From positions 104,162,001-104,226,000 of the forward strand of contig NC_087436.1 in assembly GCF_036321535.1 (NCBI RefSeq): a stretch of DNA of 64,000 nt, read 5' to 3'. Shown here piece after piece: positions 39,499 to 53,081 of the stretch. The notes under the pieces were generated by a model. The model worked only from the letters and a program-made list of their open reading frames with translations. It searched no databases and had not been told where the DNA came from. Source of the stretch: Camelus dromedarius. Its lineage: Eukaryota. Within the stretch, counting starts at the first letter, position 1. The number at the start of each line of letters is the position of its first letter. The position numbers were made by a program, and so were the translations under genes.

Positions 39499-39789
39499 CT
39501 GGGTACAACATTGGAAAAAACAGTTAAGCACTGTCTTGTAACAGGTAATTCATTGCTGCTTCTGCTTGGGAGGCACCGAGGTAGAATCTTTCAAGTCCTG
39601 TGCCTCTCAATGGGAACAGCGCCCTCTGTTGGTACACCTGTGGTACGTGTTAACAGTAGATACCAAGTGCGATGGCCAAAGCTCATCCAAAGATTCCTCA
39701 CTGTTAGTCACCTAAACCTCGAACAACAGCACAAAATACAAGTTGTTAACTACCAGTTGATTTTTTTCAGTGTGTTTTGAAGCTGGAAA

Positions 39790-40400
39790 AGAGAACCAGC
39801 TGGGAGAAATTGAATAAGGCAAGAAATGTAGAGGGGAGACCCGAGGTGCCTATAGTGGCATGGAGCAACGGGGGGAGTGGAGGACAGCGGAACTAGGCTC
39901 ACTGCTGGGATGCAGCAGCTGGCAGCTGGGCACGTCAGCGTGGGAGGGACGGCAACTCATGGCATCTAAGAGGAATTAGCAGCAGTAGAACAAGTGGCAG
40001 CCCAATACAGGTTGGAAGCTGGTTGTCCTGACCAGCAGGTAGAATGCGACAACTCCACCTGGAGATGAAAATAGGTAGGGCAGAAAGTCAAAATCAAAGG
40101 TGTCCATTAGGAGGCACTGGACTGTTGACACCAGCCTGGAATTTAGGAGCAGGGGGCCAATCCCCAGGAAGGTGATTAGTGAAGGAAATCTGGGTCCTGG
40201 TATTAGAAGGCCTGGGATTCAAAAGATGTTACTGAGAACAGAGTTTGACAGTAACAGAAAAAGGCAGAAGCCCAGTTAACAGAACAGGGGCACAAAGTCT
40301 GGGCTGGACTAGCAGCAGTGTGAATGGAGAGGGGAACCGTGGGTCCAAGACTTAAGAAAGGGGCTCAGCTTTAGAGAAAGGCTAGATATCGAGATTGGGT
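39790..40400 (-). mobile_element. Ancient Gypsy-like LTR (MamGypLTR-like)
   Basis: cagagtttgacagtaacag...ggcagaagcccagttaacagaacaggggcacaaagtc resembles the recalled consensus. Confidence 0.45.
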
Positions 40401-40439
40401 ATCAGCCAGTCCCAATGGTGAAATGTGTACCAACCACTG

Positions 40440-41300
40440 CCACTGATTTATTTTTACATTTTAAAAGACTATGCAAGCAATACATGTTTATGATAAAAAT
40501 TAGAAATACAGATCTTCAAAAAAGGAGAAAAAACACACACAATCCCTCCAGTGTTAATATTTTGATGTATACCCTTTCAGACTGTTCTTATACATACACA
40601 TATAAATTTTTCAAGCAAAATAGGATTATGCATACTGTTCTATATTTTCTCTCCCACATTTTTTAATGCTATAGAATATTCTGCTATGTGCATGAACAAT
40701 CACTTACTATGTCTTTTGTTGAACATTTAATTATTTCCACTTTTCCCCAGCTATAAACAATGTTGAGTAAACTCCCTTATAGCTAAATATTTATGTATAT
40801 ACCTTTATTTAAATTTCTAAAGCTGGACTAGCTGTCTGGTCAAAGTGATGGGCATTTTAAATCTAAGACTTTTGATACTATTGCCAAATCGCCTCCTGGA
40901 AAGGTTTTGTTTTTGTTTTTAACACAGATGGCAGTTAGTGCACATTTTCTCTTGTTCTCATCAAAACGGTTTATTACCATCTTCTAGGTAAAAAAGGGCA
41001 TCTTGCTTTAATTACTAATGAAGATTACTCTTCCATTTGCATTTTTTTGTTATTTTTCAGTTCATCATCTTAGTCCATTTTAAAATGGATGTTTTTAAAA
41101 TTATTGATTTGTGTAAATTTTTTTATATTCGGGAGTCTAACCTTTGGTCTAATTATATGTTATAAATGGCTTTGCTCAATAACTTGTTAATTATTTTTGA
41201 CATAGATGTTTTTAACATTTATGTGATCAAATTACCAATACTTTCATGCTTAGAAAGTCCCTTCCCACATTTATAATATTCTATACATATTCACCTAAAT
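40440..41300 (-). mobile_element. L1ME-like fragments
   Basis: ctataaacaatgttgagtaaac; tttgatactattgccaaatcgcc; atgcttagaaagtcccttccc. Confidence 0.7.
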
Positions 41301-41304
41301 TCTG

Positions 41305-41700
41305 AAAGTCATTGGTGTTTTTCATCAAATGTTTCTGGTTCTTCCTCTGTGGGAACATATGTCAGCTTACCTTTTTGGCCAATTTGGTGTTAGGTGTGGT
41401 CACGGGATTTGCTCTTTACTCAATGAAATAGATATGCATCGCTTGAAAGTTTCCAAATGAAAGCTCCAAGAACCAGAGTAGTTAACATGGTTCCCTCTTT
41501 CCCTTTGCATGGAAACCGTCAGTGTTCCAGATAGGATTCCACTATCAGCTTGGGTTCCGGAGTCAGGATGACACAGAGCTAGGTCCCCATTCTATCTGGG
41601 ATGGACATGACCATGAGCAAGAAACAGACCTTTGTTGTTTTAAGCCACTGAGATTTTGGATTTGCCACCATATAATCTAGTGCATCCTGTCTAGCATTTT
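41305..41700 (+). mobile_element. MaLR LTR (MLT1I/J-like)
   Basis: atggacatgaccatgagcaagaaacagacctttgttgttttaagccactgagatttt. Confidence 0.8.
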
Positions 41701-41754
41701 TAATAGTTTCATTTTGTGGTAAAATCATTAACCTATCTGAATTTATTTTGAAAC

Positions 41755-41985
41755 TAGACTGCTGGAGTTCAAACTCTAGCCCCACCACTTACTGGCTGTG
41801 TAACATTGGGCAAGTTACTGGACTTCTTGGTATCTCAGTTTCCTCCATGTAATATATATACAATAATAATACCTACATCAAAATCTATTGTGGGGATTAA
41901 TTAATATTCACAAATAGGTTAGAACAGTGCCTAGTATATGATGAATATTATTACAATGTTAGCTGTAATTACTACTACTACTACT
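41755..41985 (+). mobile_element. MIR SINE
   Basis: gttcaaactctagccccaccacttactggctgtgtaacattgggcaagttac. Confidence 0.85.
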
Positions 41986-42981
41986 GTGACTTTAATTTTA
42001 TTCTATATTCTATAGTTTTCCCCCCAAATATATTTAATTTGGGGTTTTTTTTTCTATGACTTAAGACTATCATGTTTCTTCAATTTGAAATTCTGTTTAT
42101 CTTCATTTCTGGGAAAATCTCAGCTATCACCTTTGTGGATGAGGCCTCTTTCACATTCTCTAGTCTCTTCTACCTGACCCCTGCGAGACCTAAGATTGAC
42201 TGACACTTATTCAACCTGCCACAGCTCTTAGTTACTTCCATCCCTCTGTGCGCCATTCTGGATGACCTCCTCAGATTTTTCAATCAGTTCACTAATTGTT
42301 TCCTTCTGTTTCTACTATGTATCAGGCTCTGTTCTAGCTGTTTGGTGCCTGGGATACAATGAAGGAAACAGACAAACAAACAAAAAAACCCCTACCTTAT
42401 GGAGCTTAATTACGGTAGGGGTAATAAACGGAAAGCATTATAAATAATTACATTATACAATACATTAGAGGGTGAGTGCTATGGAACCAAAGCAAAGGGG
42501 AAATGGGGAAGGATGATTGCCATTGTAAAGAGAATGGTCATATTAGGCTTCGTTGAGATGGTAACATCTGATCAAAGACTTGAAAGGACTTGAGGAAGTT
42601 AACATATACATATCTGGGGGATATCTTCTGGGTGGAAGAGCCAACGATCACAAAGGTGCTAGGGCAGGAGTATGCCTGATGTGTCGGGGGAACAGCATGG
42701 AAACAGGTGCGGCTGGAGCAGATGAGTGGGAAGAGAAATGTGAGAGAGGTTAAATTATACAGGGCATTGTGGGCCATTGTCAGGATACTGGCTTTCACTG
42801 GGAGTGAAATGGAGATCTGCTGCAGGGGCTTCAGCAGAGGAGTGAAATGATCTGACTTATTTTCTCAGGATCACTCTAGCCACTGTGAAGAGAACTGGCT
42901 GGGGGGGGGGGGTCAAGGGCAGAAGCAGGGAGGCCCTGTGGAAGACTAGTGACAGTGGCTGGGACTCAGATGGTAGCTGTA

Positions 42982-43438
42982 TGTGTTGGCCACTGGGCTG
43001 TGTCACCCAGATCCCTCTTCAGGAATAAAGGACCTTTTGCAGCTGCTCGCAGCGCTGCAGCAGACAACTCTCAGCTGCCCTCGGCAGGCAGCTCCTTTTA
43101 GGGAAGGCCTCTGCAGAAGAAAGCTATTTTCCTCAAGGATTATGCCCTTTCCCTGGAATGACCTACATCCAATGACAACTGATGAGATGCACGGGAGAAA
43201 GGTCTGCACTTCTTACCCCAGCCTCCGGACAGACCTGAGGATTTATCTCCTCATCAGAACTCTCTGCAGCAGCAGCTGAGGCTTCCACTTAAACCACTGC
43301 GGCTAGACTTCTCCCCCTGCTCAGTCCTGCTTCACTCACTGCCTGCTATAGCTGTTGAGCCCACCAGCGCTCCCTAATCAGTCTTTGGCATGGTCATTTC
43401 CACCTGAGTCTCCTTGCCGTGGAACCCAACTTGCAGCA
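42982..43438 (+). mobile_element. ERVL solo LTR (LTR16-like)
   Basis: TG...CA ends; cccagatccctcttcagg; acttctccccctgctcagtcctgcttc; ggaacccaacttgcagca. Confidence 0.75.
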
Positions 43439-43949
43439 TGATGACAATGGAGGGAAGTGGTCAAATTTTAAATACAATGTAAAGACCGGGCCAAAAGGAT
43501 TTACTAACAGATTGGATGGTGCGTGTGAGAGAAAGGAATCAAAGATGATGCCAACTGGAAGGATGCATGATCTGAGTGAGTGGAAAGATGGAGTCACCAT
43601 CTACTGAGACAGGAAAAGCTGAGTAAATATTTGGGGAGTAAGATCAGAGGTTCAGTTTTCAACTTGCAAATTTGAGATATCTGCAAAATAACTAAATGGG
43701 GATGTTGAATAGGTAGTTGGAGATACTAGTCCGGAGTACAGGAGGGAGGTTTGGACTGAAGATATGAATTTGGAAGTTATCAACATATAGATGATAATGA
43801 AATCCACAAGATAGGTGAGCTTGGTGAAATTTTCAAATGAGTGAGTCTAACCAGAGAAAGAAAACCAAGAACTGAGATCCGGGACACTCTAACATTAAGA
43901 TATAAGAGAGAAGAGAAGTAACCAATCTTAGAGACTGAGGAGTAAACAA

Positions 43950-44281
43950 GAGAGGGGGTTTCCCATGATGCTAATGAAGGCACTTCAGTACCCTTCACTA
44001 GCATGGGTCCCTCTCAGTGCTGGGAACTGCGGGGAGATGTAGGTAAGGAGAGTCTCTATGTATGCATTTCTAGTAAACTGCCTAATAACATCTCAGAAAG
44101 GGACCTAAATCTCTTATGATTCTAATAAATTGTTATTCTATCAATTATACATGTTCTTACCCGATTTGGTATTTATAATATTATATTTTCTTAAAGATTT
44201 ATAATATTATACTCTTGTTCTTAAAGAGAGCTCTCAAAATTGTAGAAGCCTTAGGTACCCCAAATGTTGGATTTGCCTCTG
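43950..44281 (-). mobile_element. MER53-like hAT MITE
   Basis: Both ends resemble the MER53 termini (atgatgctaatgaagg...cttcactagcatgggtcc; aaattgtagaagccttagg...ggatttgcctctg). Confidence 0.6.
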
Positions 44282-44714
44282 TTAACTGGTAAAGTAAAAA
44301 AAGAACCAAAAAGAGTGTGTGTCTTGAAAGCCCAGTGCAGAAAGGGTACACCTAGGTCAAATGCTGCTGAGAGATCAGTTAGGAGGATTGAGCATGGGCC
44401 ACTGGATTGTTACTGGTGACTATGACAACAGTATTTTCAGGTCAAATGGGCAGACACCGTATACAACGTTCAGTATCCGATTTTTTTAAACTTAATGAAA
44501 TTAGAGATCTTTTTATACCAGTATATATGAATATGCTGTTGCTTTATAAAGAGTTGCTTCATTTTAAGGGTTACATTTTAAGGGCTATATATACCATGAT
44601 TTATTTAATGGCTTAGTCTGCTATAAATGAATATTTAAACGATTTTCAACTGTATGCCATTTCTAACAATGCCAAAATGATAGCCTTTATTGTGTCACTT
44701 CAAACATATATGAA

Positions 44715-45020
44715 TATCCTTATAAATGAAAGAGAGAGGCAGCAGAATCAGAATGAGAGAGACTTGAAGATGCTGTCTGCTGGCTTTGAAGACGGAGAAA
44801 GGGGCCATGAGCCAAGGAGTGCAGGTGCTCTGAAAGCTGGAAAAGGAAGGGAATTTACTCTACTCCAGAAGGAACACAGCCCTGACAACAGCTTGATTTT
44901 CGCCCACTAAAACCCATTTCAAAAGACATCCAATCTTCAAACAGAACTGTAAGAGAATACATTTGTTTTTAGCCACTAAATTTGTGTTAATTGTTACAGT
45001 AGAAACAATAAACTAGTACC
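44715..45020 (+). mobile_element. MLT1C/D-like LTR, 3' part
   Basis: ctggctttgaagacggagaaaggggccatgagccaagg...cagaactgtaagagaatacatttg. Confidence 0.85.
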
Positions 45021-46544
45021 ATTAATATAACAAATAAATTTATATAATTAATATAATAACAAATACAACTAATAAACTAATACATTTCAAGTAAAATAAT
45101 GCAAGAGAAAAATATACTTACAAATATCTTTCTACCGTTGCCTAGAGGGAAAATGATTCCTAAAGAAATATTTATATTAACTTTCCCTTAGAAGCTGGTG
45201 GGAACATAGTAACGTCAGGAGAAGCTCTGTGTTTAAATATATACCCCTCAAGTCCCCATTGTCCTACAGAAGACAAGATACTTGAGGCTGCTCTTGGGAC
45301 AGTGTTAGTGACTGTAGCGGTAATGCCAGAGGTGGGATGTTACGCATTACCTACCGGTGTGCAACCCTAGCATGCAAGCAATGAGCTGCCAACCCCCAGC
45401 GTAACCTGCACTGCTGTTTTAACTTCCGAGATTCCAATTTAGTATCTATAATGACGTGATAATTCAACTGTAAATTTGCTAGAATGTAATTACAGAAAGA
45501 TGACAAGTTCAATCAAATTAACTAGAAAATTTAACTTTGATTACTCACTAATTAAGTAAAAACTGAACTTTATGAGGATTAGGTTATATATGGTAATGAT
45601 TTACTTTATTTAGAAAAGCTGTAAGTGGAAGCTGGACGTGTAACTCTGAACTACAGTTTATACAGCAGAACTGTCCCCAACATTTCTACACACAGATGCA
45701 AAAGAGTCACTGGGGCCTAGAATTTCTTTAGTCTTTTGAAAATATATAATGAATGTTTCTGAGAAATGTTATTTATGTAATAAAAAGTACAAAAGACACA
45801 ATAGATCTCAATTGGACAATCACTTTAACTTAGAACTAAATTTTTAAATTTGTGGTGCTTGCATTTTTATCCAAACTAATCTGGAGAATTTTCAAATGAT
45901 AAATTTTCAAGAATGACTTTTTGAAACACTCTGCCCTGATTTAAATTTTCCTATATCAAAGGGCAATGTGGCTTACAGGGCTTTGAAATTGAAAAGACCT
46001 AGCCTGGGTCGTGGTAGCTATGAGTTTGGACTCTGAGCTTCTGCATCTTCAGCTATAAAACAGGAAAAAAGCTACCTTACCCGGGTGCTGTAAGAATTAG
46101 TTACAAAGTATGTAAGTGTCTAGAGCAGATCTTGGCACCTAATAAACACTCCATAAATAAATGATGAAGATAGTGTTGATAATCTCACTTGCAATCATTA
46201 GAGAATACCGGGAGAAAAATAAAGAACTTTTTTCTGGTCTAGTTTCTTGCTTGGGCATGGGGTCTCATCTTCTCCTCACATTCTTATGGAGAAAAATATA
46301 CTTTAGAAAATCTTTCCCTGCCCTGTCCCCCTGCCTTCTGACCTTATACATCCTTCCTGTGTCTCTAAGCTTAATTCCCATCATCACCATGCTTGTAACT
46401 ATCCAAAGCCTGAAAACTCAGTCATTCTTGACTCTTCTTTCTCCCTCAACCTGCATATACAGCCAGTCACCAAAATCTTCCTGATTCTACCTATAATGAC
46501 AGCTCCTTCCTACTTTCTTTCTTCCTCTCTCTCTCCCTCCCTCT

Positions 46545-47960
46545 TTCTGACAAGTATTTACTTGAAAACCTATTATGTGGCAGGCACTGCTCTAGGGACT
46601 GAGAATAAACACATGAATTAAAAAAAAAAATCCCTATCCTCACACTGTTTATGTTTTTGTGAAAGGAGAGAAGGGGAAAAGAGCCAAAATATCTCGGATA
46701 TTATGTGGTGTTAAGTGCTACAGAAGAAAACAAGCAGACAAGAAGGATAATGCATTTGGGAGAAGTTTGCTGTGTGTTTTAGTTAGGAACCGAAAAGTGG
46801 TCAGGAGATGAGCCTGCAGAAATAAGACTTTGGACAGAAGAACGGCTCCCCAAGACCAGATAAATACCTTGAGTTGAAGGGAGAGGTCCAGAAAGAGATA
46901 TAAATCTGGCAGTCATCAGTGTATAGATGGTATTTAAAGCCATGAAAATAAATGAGATCACCAATGGCCGCTGGGGGAAAAAAGAGGTCCATGGAATTAT
47001 CCTTGGGGTCCAGGGTAAGACAGGGAGATGAAGAGAACCTGGCAAAGGTGAAGGAGAATGCCAGCTAGTAAGATGAAGCAAACCAGAAAGCATGACATCC
47101 TAGAAGCCAAGTGAAGAAAGAGAATCAAGGAGAGGGTGTGACTGAGTGATCAAACACAGTGAGCTGAGAAGTGGGAAATGACCACTGGCTTCAGCAGTAT
47201 GAAGTCACTTGTGATCTTAGGTGGGACAGCTGGGCAAAAAAAAAGGCTGATTTTTTAAGGAAGGTTCAAGAGAGAACAGGAGGATAGCACATATCAACAA
47301 TATCTACAGACTTTTAAAAAAAGAAGTTTTGTTAAAAAAGGAACAGAGGAATGGAGTAGAAGAAGCTGGAAGGGATGTGGGATTAAGAAAGACTTTTATT
47401 TCACTTTATTTTGCTTTGTTTTTCAGATGAGAGAAATAACAGTGTATTTGTATACGGAGAAGAGTGACCCAAAAGAGATGGGAAAATTGACAATGAAAAT
47501 ACTAACAATTGCACTGCCCTTGAGTACCAGGGAGATAAGCTTTCGTGTCCAAATGCAGGGACTGGCTTTATGATAAATAAAAGCACAGATAGTTTACCCA
47601 TAATAAGAAGGGAAAGCTGAGTATATGGGTGAAGATGCAGGTAGGTCAAATATATGTGGTGGTGGGAGTATATGTAGGGCTGGTTCTCAGAGCTTTTATT
47701 TTTTTCAGAAACAGGACTCAAAGTCATGAACTGAGAGAGAAGAGGTGGAGATCTGAAGAGAGAGGATGTGCAAGAAGTCTTCTAGGAGAATGGACGAATG
47801 ACTGGACTAGGGAAATGCAGTAGAACTAAGGATCCTCTTAAGGTTAGTGGTCGTGAATTTAAAGTAAAACTCGTTATCGTGGTTGCATGTTTTTTCCAGC
47901 CACTTGCAAGCACACACTGCAGCTACAGAGCTGGTGGAGGGCTGTACCGAGCCAGGGTTA
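46545..47960 (-). mobile_element. L2 (about 1.4 kb); MIR at ~45965-46180 upstream
   Basis: cctattatgtggcaggcactgctctaggg; ggcagtcatcagtgtatagatggtatttaaagccatg; cctagaagccaagtgaagaaag. Confidence 0.8.
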
Positions 47961-48254
47961 AGGTTTTGTCAGGTCATTACTATTAGAAAGTGGGAGAAGG
48001 GCAGGGAGCAGAACACGTATTCAAGAGGAAGTGACAGGACAGGTCATGGTATTGACAGCCTTTCACATCTGTTCCCTTTCTGTTCACAGCCCTTGCTCTG
48101 TATCTGGTGCTCATTAACGCTAGCCTGAACTGCTTGTTCGCTGTCATGCTAAGCTCGTCTCGCCTCACTAATCACCCTGTGCACATGGCTCACGTTTATT
48201 TTTGTTTTTCCCATTCTCCTCCTCACTCCTTGCCTTTAAGAACCAGACATTATC

Positions 48255-48660
48255 TCAGAGAAAGACAAAAACCATGTGAAAACCATTCATTTATATGTGG
48301 AATCTTAAAAAAATTAAAATAACCACAAGCAAACAAACAAACACACAAATAGACTCATAGCAGAAAACAAATTGCTGGTAGCCAGAGGGGAGGGAGTGGA
48401 CAAAATAGGTGAAGGGGGTTAAGAGGTCAAACTTCCAGTTATGAAATAAGTAAGTCATGGGGATGTAATGTGCAGCACAGGGAGTACAGGCAATAATACT
48501 GGAATAACTTTGTGTGGTGACAGATGGTTACTAGACTTATCATGGTGATCAATTCATAATGCATATACGTGTTGAATCACTATGATGTACACTTGAAACT
48601 AACATAATATTGCATGTCAACCATACTTCAATAAAAATAAACATTTTTAAAAATAAAGGA
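48255..48660 (+). mobile_element. L1 3' UTR fragment (L1MA9/Laurasiatherian type)
   Basis: ttatatgtggaatct...acttccagttatgaaataagtaagtcatggggatgtaa...tacttcAATAAA. Confidence 0.85.
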
Positions 48661-48905
48661 AAAAGAACAGACAGTTCTTGTAACATGTCTATTCTGAAAC
48701 CACAACTAAGCTGGACTACTCCCAGAATTGATTTCCGCATTAATTGTATTTGCATGGAACACTGCATAAACCTTTATGAGAGCATTTATCAGATTATAAC
48801 TATGTATTTGCCTTTCCCTGATTTTTCACTATAATGTAAGCTTAATAAACATCTTATGCAGCACCTAACACAGTGCCTATATCAGAACACTCAATAATTT
48901 GACAT

Positions 48906-50247
48906 AACAGTTTCCCAAAGCAATAGAAATAAAAACAAAAATTAACAAATGGGACCTAATCAAACTTATAAGCTTTCATAAACAAAATGAAAAGACAACC
49001 TACAGAACGGGAGAAAATACTTGCAGACAATGCAACTGACAAAGGTTTAATTTCCAAAATATACATACAGCTCATACAACTCAATAAAAAAAAAAAAAAG
49101 AACAACCCAATAAAAAAATGGGCAGACCTATATAGATATTTCTGCAAAGAGGATATACAGATGCCTAAGAGGCAAATGAAAATATGTTCAACTTCACTAA
49201 TTATTAGAGAAATCAAATCAAAACTACAATGAGGTATCACCTCACACCAGTCAGCATGGCCATCATTAAAATGTCTACAGATAATAAATGCTGGAGACAG
49301 TGTGGAGAAAAGTGAACCCTCTTACATTGTTGGTGGGAATGTAAATTGGTACAGCTGCTATGGAAAAGTGTATGGAGGTTCCTTAAAAAAAAACTAAAAT
49401 TGGAGTTACTATATGATCCAGCAATCCCAGTACTAGGGATATATCTGGAGAAAACTCTAATTCAGAGAGATACACACGTTCCAACATTCATAGCAGTACT
49501 ATTTACACATAAACCATGGTGGAAAGGAATAGGAAAAGAACACATACATAGGAGCGAACTCTAATATGAAAAGATACATGCACCCCAATATTCATAGCAG
49601 CACTATATACAATAGTCAAGACATGGAACCAACCTAAATGTCCATCGACTAATGACTGGATAAAAACCTTGTGGTATATTTACACAACGGAATACTACTC
49701 TGCCATAAAAAAGAATAAAGTAATGCCATTTGCAGCAACATGGATGGACCTAGAGATTGTCATTCTAAGTGAAGTAAGCCAGAAAGAGAAAGAAAAATAC
49801 CATATGATATCACTCAAAAAAAAAAAGGCACTATGAACTCATCTATAAAACAGAAACAGACTTCAGACTTAGTAAACAATCTTACGGTTACTGGGGAAAG
49901 GGGGTGGGAGGGGATACGTTTGGGAGTTTGAGATTTACAAATGTTAGCCACCATATATAAAAATGGAAAAAAGTTTCTTTTGTATAGCACAGGAAACTAT
50001 GTTCAGTATCTTGTAATAACCTTTAAAGAAAAAATATGAAAATGAATATATGTATGTATATGCATGACTGGGACATTATGCTGTACACCAGAGACTGACA
50101 TACTGTAATTGACTGTACTTCAATAAGAAAATCCATGTGTGTGTTTATATATATATATATATAAAACTAAATATATATATAATCATTTTGCTGTACACCA
50201 GAAATTAACACAACATTGTAAATCAACTATACTTCAATTTAAAAAGT
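48906..50247 (+). mobile_element. Composite 5'-truncated L1 (artiodactyl/camelid type) with 13-bp TSD
   Basis: ORF2 C-terminal text and two 3' ends. AATAATTTGACAT at 48893-48905 and 50248-50260. Confidence 0.9.
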
Positions 50248-51109
50248 AATAATTTGACATGAATACATGATTAAAGGTTATCTGATTGCACCTGGGCCTT
50301 TCTTAACTCCACTCAATGGCATTAAATGTCTGTAAGTCTGGCACACTCTAATATGTCAGTGCTGCCACTAAGCACATGCTAGACACGCCAAGCACATGAC
50401 AGAGGATTTGTCACACACTAGGAAGAGTCAATTCCCGTGCCTTCCCTTTACTATATAAAAATTCTTCCCTATAAATATCTTACACATTTCGGACAATAAG
50501 TTAACTTTTGTAGGTTGTCATGATGTCATTAAGTAGTAGAACCTGAAAATGATATTATCAAACTACCCAATTTACTGCCATGGAACAAGGATTGTCTTCT
50601 GTTTGAACACATTTTAAAACTCTGACATAATTTAAAACTTTCAACACCACTAAGTATTTTTACAAATTTCATGCAAAATAAAAACTAAACATTAGAATAC
50701 TAAAAAGTTGACTTATTACTCAAAACATTCTTTCTATAATATGCAGTGCTGTTGCCTATGAAATTTAGGTAACTGAGTTACTCAGAAGAGTACCTGTGTA
50801 TCCTTGTAACACAGGCCCAGATTTTCCTTCAAGAGGATTACTGGATGTCTTCTCATTTATATACAGACAACAGCAATGCCATACGCCATCTAATTTTGTA
50901 GTCTCATCACAAAACTCAATAAATGTGTTATGACCAAGAGCATGACCAGAAATATTAAGTTCTCTCCATTATCATCAACAGTTTCCCTATAGAGCAGTTG
51001 TGTTGCTAGACAGCTCTGACAAAGGAAAGCCTATAATTAGTGACAAGAAAAGGCTTTCTTCTTTCTTATGTCATACATAAACACACATGCGGGTGCACGC
51101 AAACACACA

Positions 51110-51533
51110 ACAGAAATAACGTGAAAAAGCAACCTATGGAATAGGAGAAAATATTTACAAATCATATATCTGATAAGGGGTTAATATACAAAATATATTA
51201 AGAAATCATACAATCCAATAGGAAAAAACAAACAACCCAACTGAAAAAATGGGCAAAGGAACTGAATAGAAGTTTTTCCAAAGAAGACATACAAATGGCC
51301 AACAGGTACGTGAAAAGATACTCAACATCACTAATCATCAGGGAAATGCAAATCAAAACCACAATATGTTATCACCTTATACCTGTTCAAATGGCTACCA
51401 TCAAAAATACCAGCCCCCCCCCCCCACCAAAAAAGACAAGTGTTGGCAAGGGTATGGAGAAAGGGAACTCTAGTGCACTGTTGGTGGGAATGCAAGTTGG
51501 TACAACCACTATGGAAAACGATATGGAGGTTAC
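51110..51533 (+). mobile_element. L1 ORF2 C-terminal fragment
   Basis: Translates to [23 protein letters not shown]..., typical of the L1 ORF2 C-terminus. Confidence 0.85.
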
Positions 51534-52000
51534 TCATTCCTGCTCTCAACAAAAGTCTGCCCTATGAGTGGAAGCAGGGAGCCCCTGACTTCTTGGCAGC
51601 ATTCTCCTGCAATTTAGCATCTGTAACACAGAGCTGAAGAGCATGAGAAATACTGGCCACCCGCCCCTCCTGCAGAGATACTGTAGCCCTTGACTAGAAG
51701 TTACAGGGAAAGGGAACCCCTTCTTCCTGGCCACACTCAAGCTGGATTGAAGCTCCCATCATGCTGATCTGGGGGCTATGAGGGGAGAAAGTGCATCATG
51801 GTTTCAGGGCTACAGACTGTTCTTACTGAGATTCAGTAGCTTTTCTTGAATAATATTTTTTTTTAATTTGCTGACTTCATGTATGACCTTAAAACAGTTT
51901 CCAGATAGTTTAAATTTTTTTTTAAATAATTTTCACCAGTTATGATTTTTCTACTAGGAATGGTTCTGTGGGCCTCCCTATGTTACTATTCCAAAAGTGG
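51534..52000 (-). mobile_element. Old L1 5' UTR fragment (L1M-class)
   Basis: Reverse complement reads cataactggtgaaaattattt...attcaagaaaagctactgaatctcagtaagaacag...gtcaagggctacagtatctc. Confidence 0.7.
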
Positions 52001-53081
52001 TAATTTCCACTCAATATAGTTAAGTACAGAAACTATATAAATAAAGAATTAACTTTATTGTACATTCAAAATTTTACTGAGTACTAAGCAAAGTACCAGG
52101 CTACATATTACCTACATAAAAAAATAAACTTTCAGATTTTTGTATTTTCCAACTTTTAATTAATAACTATATTAAAGAATGGGATTTTAAATCTTTACTA
52201 TTTTTTAAAATAAAAAAATTAATGGTATATTTGAAATCACTGGAAATTTCCTTAACATTGTTTCCAGGGTTATTTCAAACTTTAATTTTACAAATAAATT
52301 TTATAAAGTCTTTGGACTTCAGTTCTTGGAATGTATGATTAATTAAACCTGCTTGAGAGATTCTCATTTAACTCTTTTTTTCTTAAACAGATGCATAATT
52401 ACCGCCACTATTACCAATCAGAAACCTGCTAATCCAAACAGCTGGGACTGATTTACATTTAATCAAGCAGGAGTTACCATGTGGAATCTAGACATTTTCT
52501 CCACAACACATATTGATATTCACTCAAAATCAAATTATTAATCTATCTATCTATGTGTGATCTTTTAAAAGAGGATATCATTTAGGCAATTCTACATAAA
52601 CTACATATTTCCTATTTGTGATTAAGATGTTTCTATTTTAGTAGATATGAAAAAGATCTAGGTAAATCTAAACATCTACAATATCAGCATATGAAAATGA
52701 TCAAAGAGTCAAAATGCTTGAATCATAACACTTCAAACTGATTTCAAGACATTTAATTATTTATTCAATACCTTTAATAGAAAAGTATCAATAAAATGCT
52801 TTCTCTAAACATCTTGGGATGGCTTAAACATGAATCTGACGTTGAATTTAAGAATCTGTGCCTTTACCTCTCCTGGCTGGAGAAGACATGTAGCTCTTAT
52901 TCTTCCACCTAGTCCCACATAAGAACAAAAGTTAACCTTATCCCAAACTTAGAACATTTAATTTGATAATAAACATGGCTTGGACTTCAGGAGGATTTAG
53001 TTAACAACACAGGTATTTTCTAAAGTATCTTGAGTTAGAGAATTTAAAACAAGAACTATACATTTTAATTTTTCAACTTAC

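Larger units (their letters stand above)
42312..44435 (-). mobile_element. Long L2 interrupted by an LTR and a MITE
   Basis: ctactatgtatcaggctctgttctag; gagtgaaatgatctgactta; ggattggatggtgcgtgtgagagaaaggaatcaaagatga; gtcaaatgctgctgagag. Confidence 0.85.

Noticed and set aside
50740..51020. RFX X-box-like motifs (gttgcctatgaaat, gttgctagacagc)
   Set aside because: Several mismatches each; cannot be distinguished from chance without conservation or ChIP data.
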